Shown: positions 60,502 through 64,000 of the stretch, piece after piece | Layout: each line of letters opens with the position of its first letter | Position numbering within the stretch: position 1 is the first letter of the stretch | Source: an uncultured Hormoscilla sp. | GTDB lineage: Bacteria > Cyanobacteriota > Cyanobacteriia > Cyanobacteriales > Desertifilaceae | Length of the DNA: 64,000 nt | Assembly (NCBI GenBank): GCA_963921275.4 | Contig: OZ001293.3 | Span: 3,648,001 to 3,712,000, forward strand | Direction: 5' to 3' | Program-made: the position numbers and the translations under genes | The notes under the pieces: generated by a model | What the model was told of the DNA's origin: nothing | Seen by the model: only the letters and a program-made list of their open reading frames with translations | Databases searched by the model: none

Positions 60502-61374
60502 GGGTGTGTCATCAATCAAATTGCTTGACAGAAGTAGATGGATACGGTATGGAGTCCTTATCCAGCAATAACAATCAAGAGGGCATGATATGAGACGCTA
60601 TGGCTTGCGAGACGACCAGTGGGAACGGATCGAACACCTTTTACCTGGTAAAGAGGGTGACCCAGGCGCTACAGCCAAGAACAATAGATTATTCGTGTTC
60701 TGCCGTGTTATATCGATATCGTGCTGGCATTCCCTGGCGGGATTTACCGGAGTGTTTTGGGGATTTTCGGGTTGTTCATACCCGCCATACCCGTTGGTCT
60801 GAAAAGGGAGTTTGGAAGCAGGTATTCGATGTCTTGGCCTCAGACGCCGATAACGAATACGCCGCGATTGATGCCACCATCCTGCGTGCCCATCAACGAG
60901 CGTGCGGGTGCAAAAAAAAACACCCTCAGATACGTGCGAAACCCAAGCCATAGGCCGTAGTAAAGGGGGACTATCGACAAAGATTCATGCCACTTGCGAT
61001 TGCCCAAGGCAATCCCACAGGATTTCATCTTACCCCTGGCCAAGCCCACGACGGGAAAGGCGCTGACGTGCTATTGGATAAAATCGGTGAGATTGGCGCG
61101 CTGCTTGCAGATAAAGCCTATGATGCGGAACAACGTGTGCTCGAGCGCCTGAAAGAGGCGGATTGGATGGCTGTCATTCCTCCAAAAAGTAACCGCACAG
61201 AACACAGAGAATACGATGAAGAAATGTACAAGTGGCGGCATCTAATTGAAAATCTATTCCAAAAACTCAAGCAATACAGGGCTCTGGCGACACGCTACGA
61301 TAAAACCGCTCGCAATTTCTTGGGTGGCATCTACCTCGCGGCAGCTGTAATATGGCTTAATTGATGACACGCAC
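60502..61374 (+). mobile_element. IS5-family element, copy a2
   Basis: Matches 2055..2927 apart from about 2 substitutions seen near the 3' end. Confidence 0.92.
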
Positions 61375-61499
61375 TAGTCCTGAGAGCTGAAATTCTTATA
61401 TGGCAATGGTAGGGAGCGATTTTACACAGTGGATGTTTATAGCAATGAACAAGTTATCCATTCTCAATAAGCTTTATTTATTGCTGTGAGCAGTTACAG

Positions 61500-61967
61500 T
61501 TTTAGCAGGCCAAGTAAGCTGTGCGTTACGAGTACCCCAAGGAAGCAGATTACATCATCCGGGATGTCATGCATCTGTTAGAATCAGCGGGAGTGCAGTT
61601 AGTTTTCTTCGGTCACTCCCATTTGTGGAATCGCTTTGTTAGTCCCAGCGGGATGCATTTCCTAGAAACTTCTAATGTCGGCAATAGTTACAGTTCTTCT
61701 CTCGATCAACAGCGTTCTGTACCTGCTGGATATCGCGAGGAGTATGTGGCGACGGGAGATCCTAATGGTTTAGAACCTGTCGTGCCAACTCTTGCCCCAC
61801 TCAGAGGAGAAGATGGCTGGGTTTTGCCTTATATTGCTAGTAATGATATCACGGTTTTCAGTATTTTGGATACGGGAAATGGGATGGTGAGTAGCTATTA
61901 TTTCGATACTCGTCAACCTGATGGAGATGTAGTGAAGTTCGATGAGTTTAGACTCAAGGTTGAGTAA
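61500..61967 (+). pseudogene. Metallophosphoesterase C-terminal fragment
   Basis: QLVFFGHSHLWNRF..FLETSNVGNSY; 5' part replaced by IS ends. Confidence 0.7.
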
Positions 61968-62103
61968 CACCTCCCGTTATAGCTAAGGAGAAAAAGAGCG
62001 CTCGCCCTTTTCTCCCGTCGGGCGAGCGGAATTGGGGTTGTAGTATTTGTGGGAAATTAAAGGAAAATAGGTAGAGAAATAGCTAAGGTAGGGAGATTAG
62101 CAG

Positions 62104-62589
62104 ATGGCGAAGGAAAAGCGCTCCGAACCGGGAGAAGATAGACTAGACAGGATAGAAGCGATCGTTGAGAAGAACACAGATGGGATCATTGACTTGAGAC
62201 AGGTGGTCAGTAACCTGGTAGAGACAGCAAAGCAACATCAGCAAAAGATCGAGAAGAACACAGATGGAATCATTGACTTGAGACAGGTAGTCAGTAGCCT
62301 GGTAGAGATAGCAAAGCAACATCAGCAAAAGATCGAGAAGAACACAGATGCGATCGTTGACTTGAGATTGGCGGTAAGTAGCCTGATAGAGACGGCTAAC
62401 TAGCATCAGCGCAACTTTGAAGCAAGTCAGCGCAACTTTGATTTGATTATGTCTGAGATCCGAGAAATGAATGCGAAAATAGCCTCCCAGAGTCAAGATT
62501 TTCAAGTCATGCATTCTGAGATCAAAGGCTTGCAGATAGAAAACAGACGCATTCTGGATCATTCGTTCGGCCAGCAAAATAATGGTTAA
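62104..62589 (+). pseudogene. Coiled-coil protein with about three 84-bp (28-aa) tandem repeats and an internal TAG
   Basis: IEKNTDGIIDLRQVVSxLVExAKQHQQK repeats; TAG at 62401 where the repeats have a Gln codon; frame continues to 62589. Confidence 0.65.
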
Positions 62590-62703
62590 GCTGAGGCTTG
62601 AGAAGGGGGCGATATTCGCCTCTAGCTAACTACAACAAAAGGCGATCGCCCGACTGTAGTCTTTGCGGGGAGACTGCCGATCTAGGTCACCCTGGACGGA
62701 CAA

Positions 62704-63986
62704 GTGTTGCAACCGGAACAGGCGACAGCAGGGGTTAACCCTGCTTTTGATTTGATCGGACTTACTGAGTTGCGCAATGACCCCCAGTTTGCTGACATTG
62801 ATGGCAGTGGCGTGACTGTGGCGGTTATTGATACGGGTTTGGACCGCACTCACTCTCTGCTGGAGGGAAATTATATCACGGGGGTTGATTTTGTTAATGG
62901 CGGAACTAACCCAGTCGATCGCATCGATCACGGCACTCATGTGGCGGGGATAGTTGGCGCTAGCGATGAAAATATTGGCGTCGCCCCGGATGTGGGTTTG
63001 ATCGGACTGCAAGTGTTTGAACCCAATGGTAGTGCTTACAACCCGACGATCGAGGATGCCTTGGAATGGGTGTTAGAGCACCGCGAAGAAGATAATATCG
63101 TGGCGGTGAATATGTCTCTGGGCAGTGGGTTCTTTAGTTCGGAGTCGCGGGTGTTTTTTGATATCCTTAAGGATGATGTCCAGCGCCTGGAAGATGCTGG
63201 CATTACTGTGGTCTCGGCGGCTGGCAATGACTATAAGGACAATGAATATGGAAACTTGGCAACCCCGGCGATTTATAGTACTCTGGCGGTAGGGGCGGTC
63301 TAGCAGGATGGTACTACCTCTCGCGTCCGCTGGCAAAATGGGGCACGAGATAATTCGACGGGGACCGATCGCATTGTCAGTTTCAGTCAGCGTCTGGATG
63401 CGCAGAATGTAATTTTTGCTCCGGGGGCTTTCATTAATAGTACAGTGCCCGATAACAGAACTGAAGAGTCAGCGGGCACCAGTATGGCATCGCCAATGGT
63501 AGCAGGAACTGTCGCCCTGATGCAAGAGGCGGCCCTGGAGTTTGGCGGGCGTCTGCTGTCCCCAGATGAGGTGCTCGAAATTATCACTTCGACGGCAGAT
63601 AGCATCTTTGATGGGGATGATGAAGACGATAACGTCAATAATACAAATCGATCTTACCCTCGGTTGAATGTTTATGAGGCTGTTAAGGAAATTCAGCGCC
63701 GCTTTACCGAAAACGCACCCCCTCCGACTACAAGCGATAGCGGTGACTCTAATGGGACGATCTCCGCTTTGAGGTATCTTCTGGGGGGAATGTGACGATC
63801 GAGGTAGCCTCCCACAGCCAAAACCCTGATAATTTTGATAGCTTGCTGCGACTGTTAGACCGCTTTGGCAAGGAAATTGCTTTTGATGATGATGGCGGGG
63901 AGGGGACTTTCTCGCGCCTGGATGTTTCTCTCGACCCAGGGGTTTACTATGTGGAGGTGAGTGGTGATAATAAAAGAGCAAACTGA
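62704..63986 (+). pseudogene. S8 subtilisin-like protease pseudogene with a PPC-like tail
   Basis: Catalytic motifs VIDTG, HGTHVAG, GTSMASP; TAG at 63301; frameshifted tail FDDDGGEGTFSRL. Confidence 0.85.
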
Positions 63987-64000
63987 CAGTAATCAGGTAT

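Overview
Cyanobacterial chromosome segment (frequent HIP1 GCGATCGC sites, heptamer STRR repeats, cupB/ndhD4, gap2, cyanobacterial rpoZ). Intact housekeeping islands (hslO; thiL-gap2-murC-murB-ybaB; LysR-cupB-ndhD4; rpoZ; tRNA-Pro) sit among many mostly dead IS elements (IS5, IS982, IS4, IS1182, IS66-like, IS630, ISAzo13, ISKra4-like), MITEs, small palindromes and pseudogenes. This resembles early genome erosion (inference). The main hidden structure is a group II intron community. There are two RT/HNH-encoding introns and eight copies or fragments of an ORF-less intron family. Each of the seven family copies that retains the EBS1 hairpin carries a different hexamer. The family appears to end at a fixed distance from the branch A (often not in AY), and three copies share one 5' breakpoint. 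Two ORF-less copies are nested in an RT intron, which itself interrupts a DUF3578-HNH restriction gene that can be rebuilt in frame after removing four insertions. No CRISPR array or rRNA was seen. Family names come from recognising motifs by eye, not from database searches.
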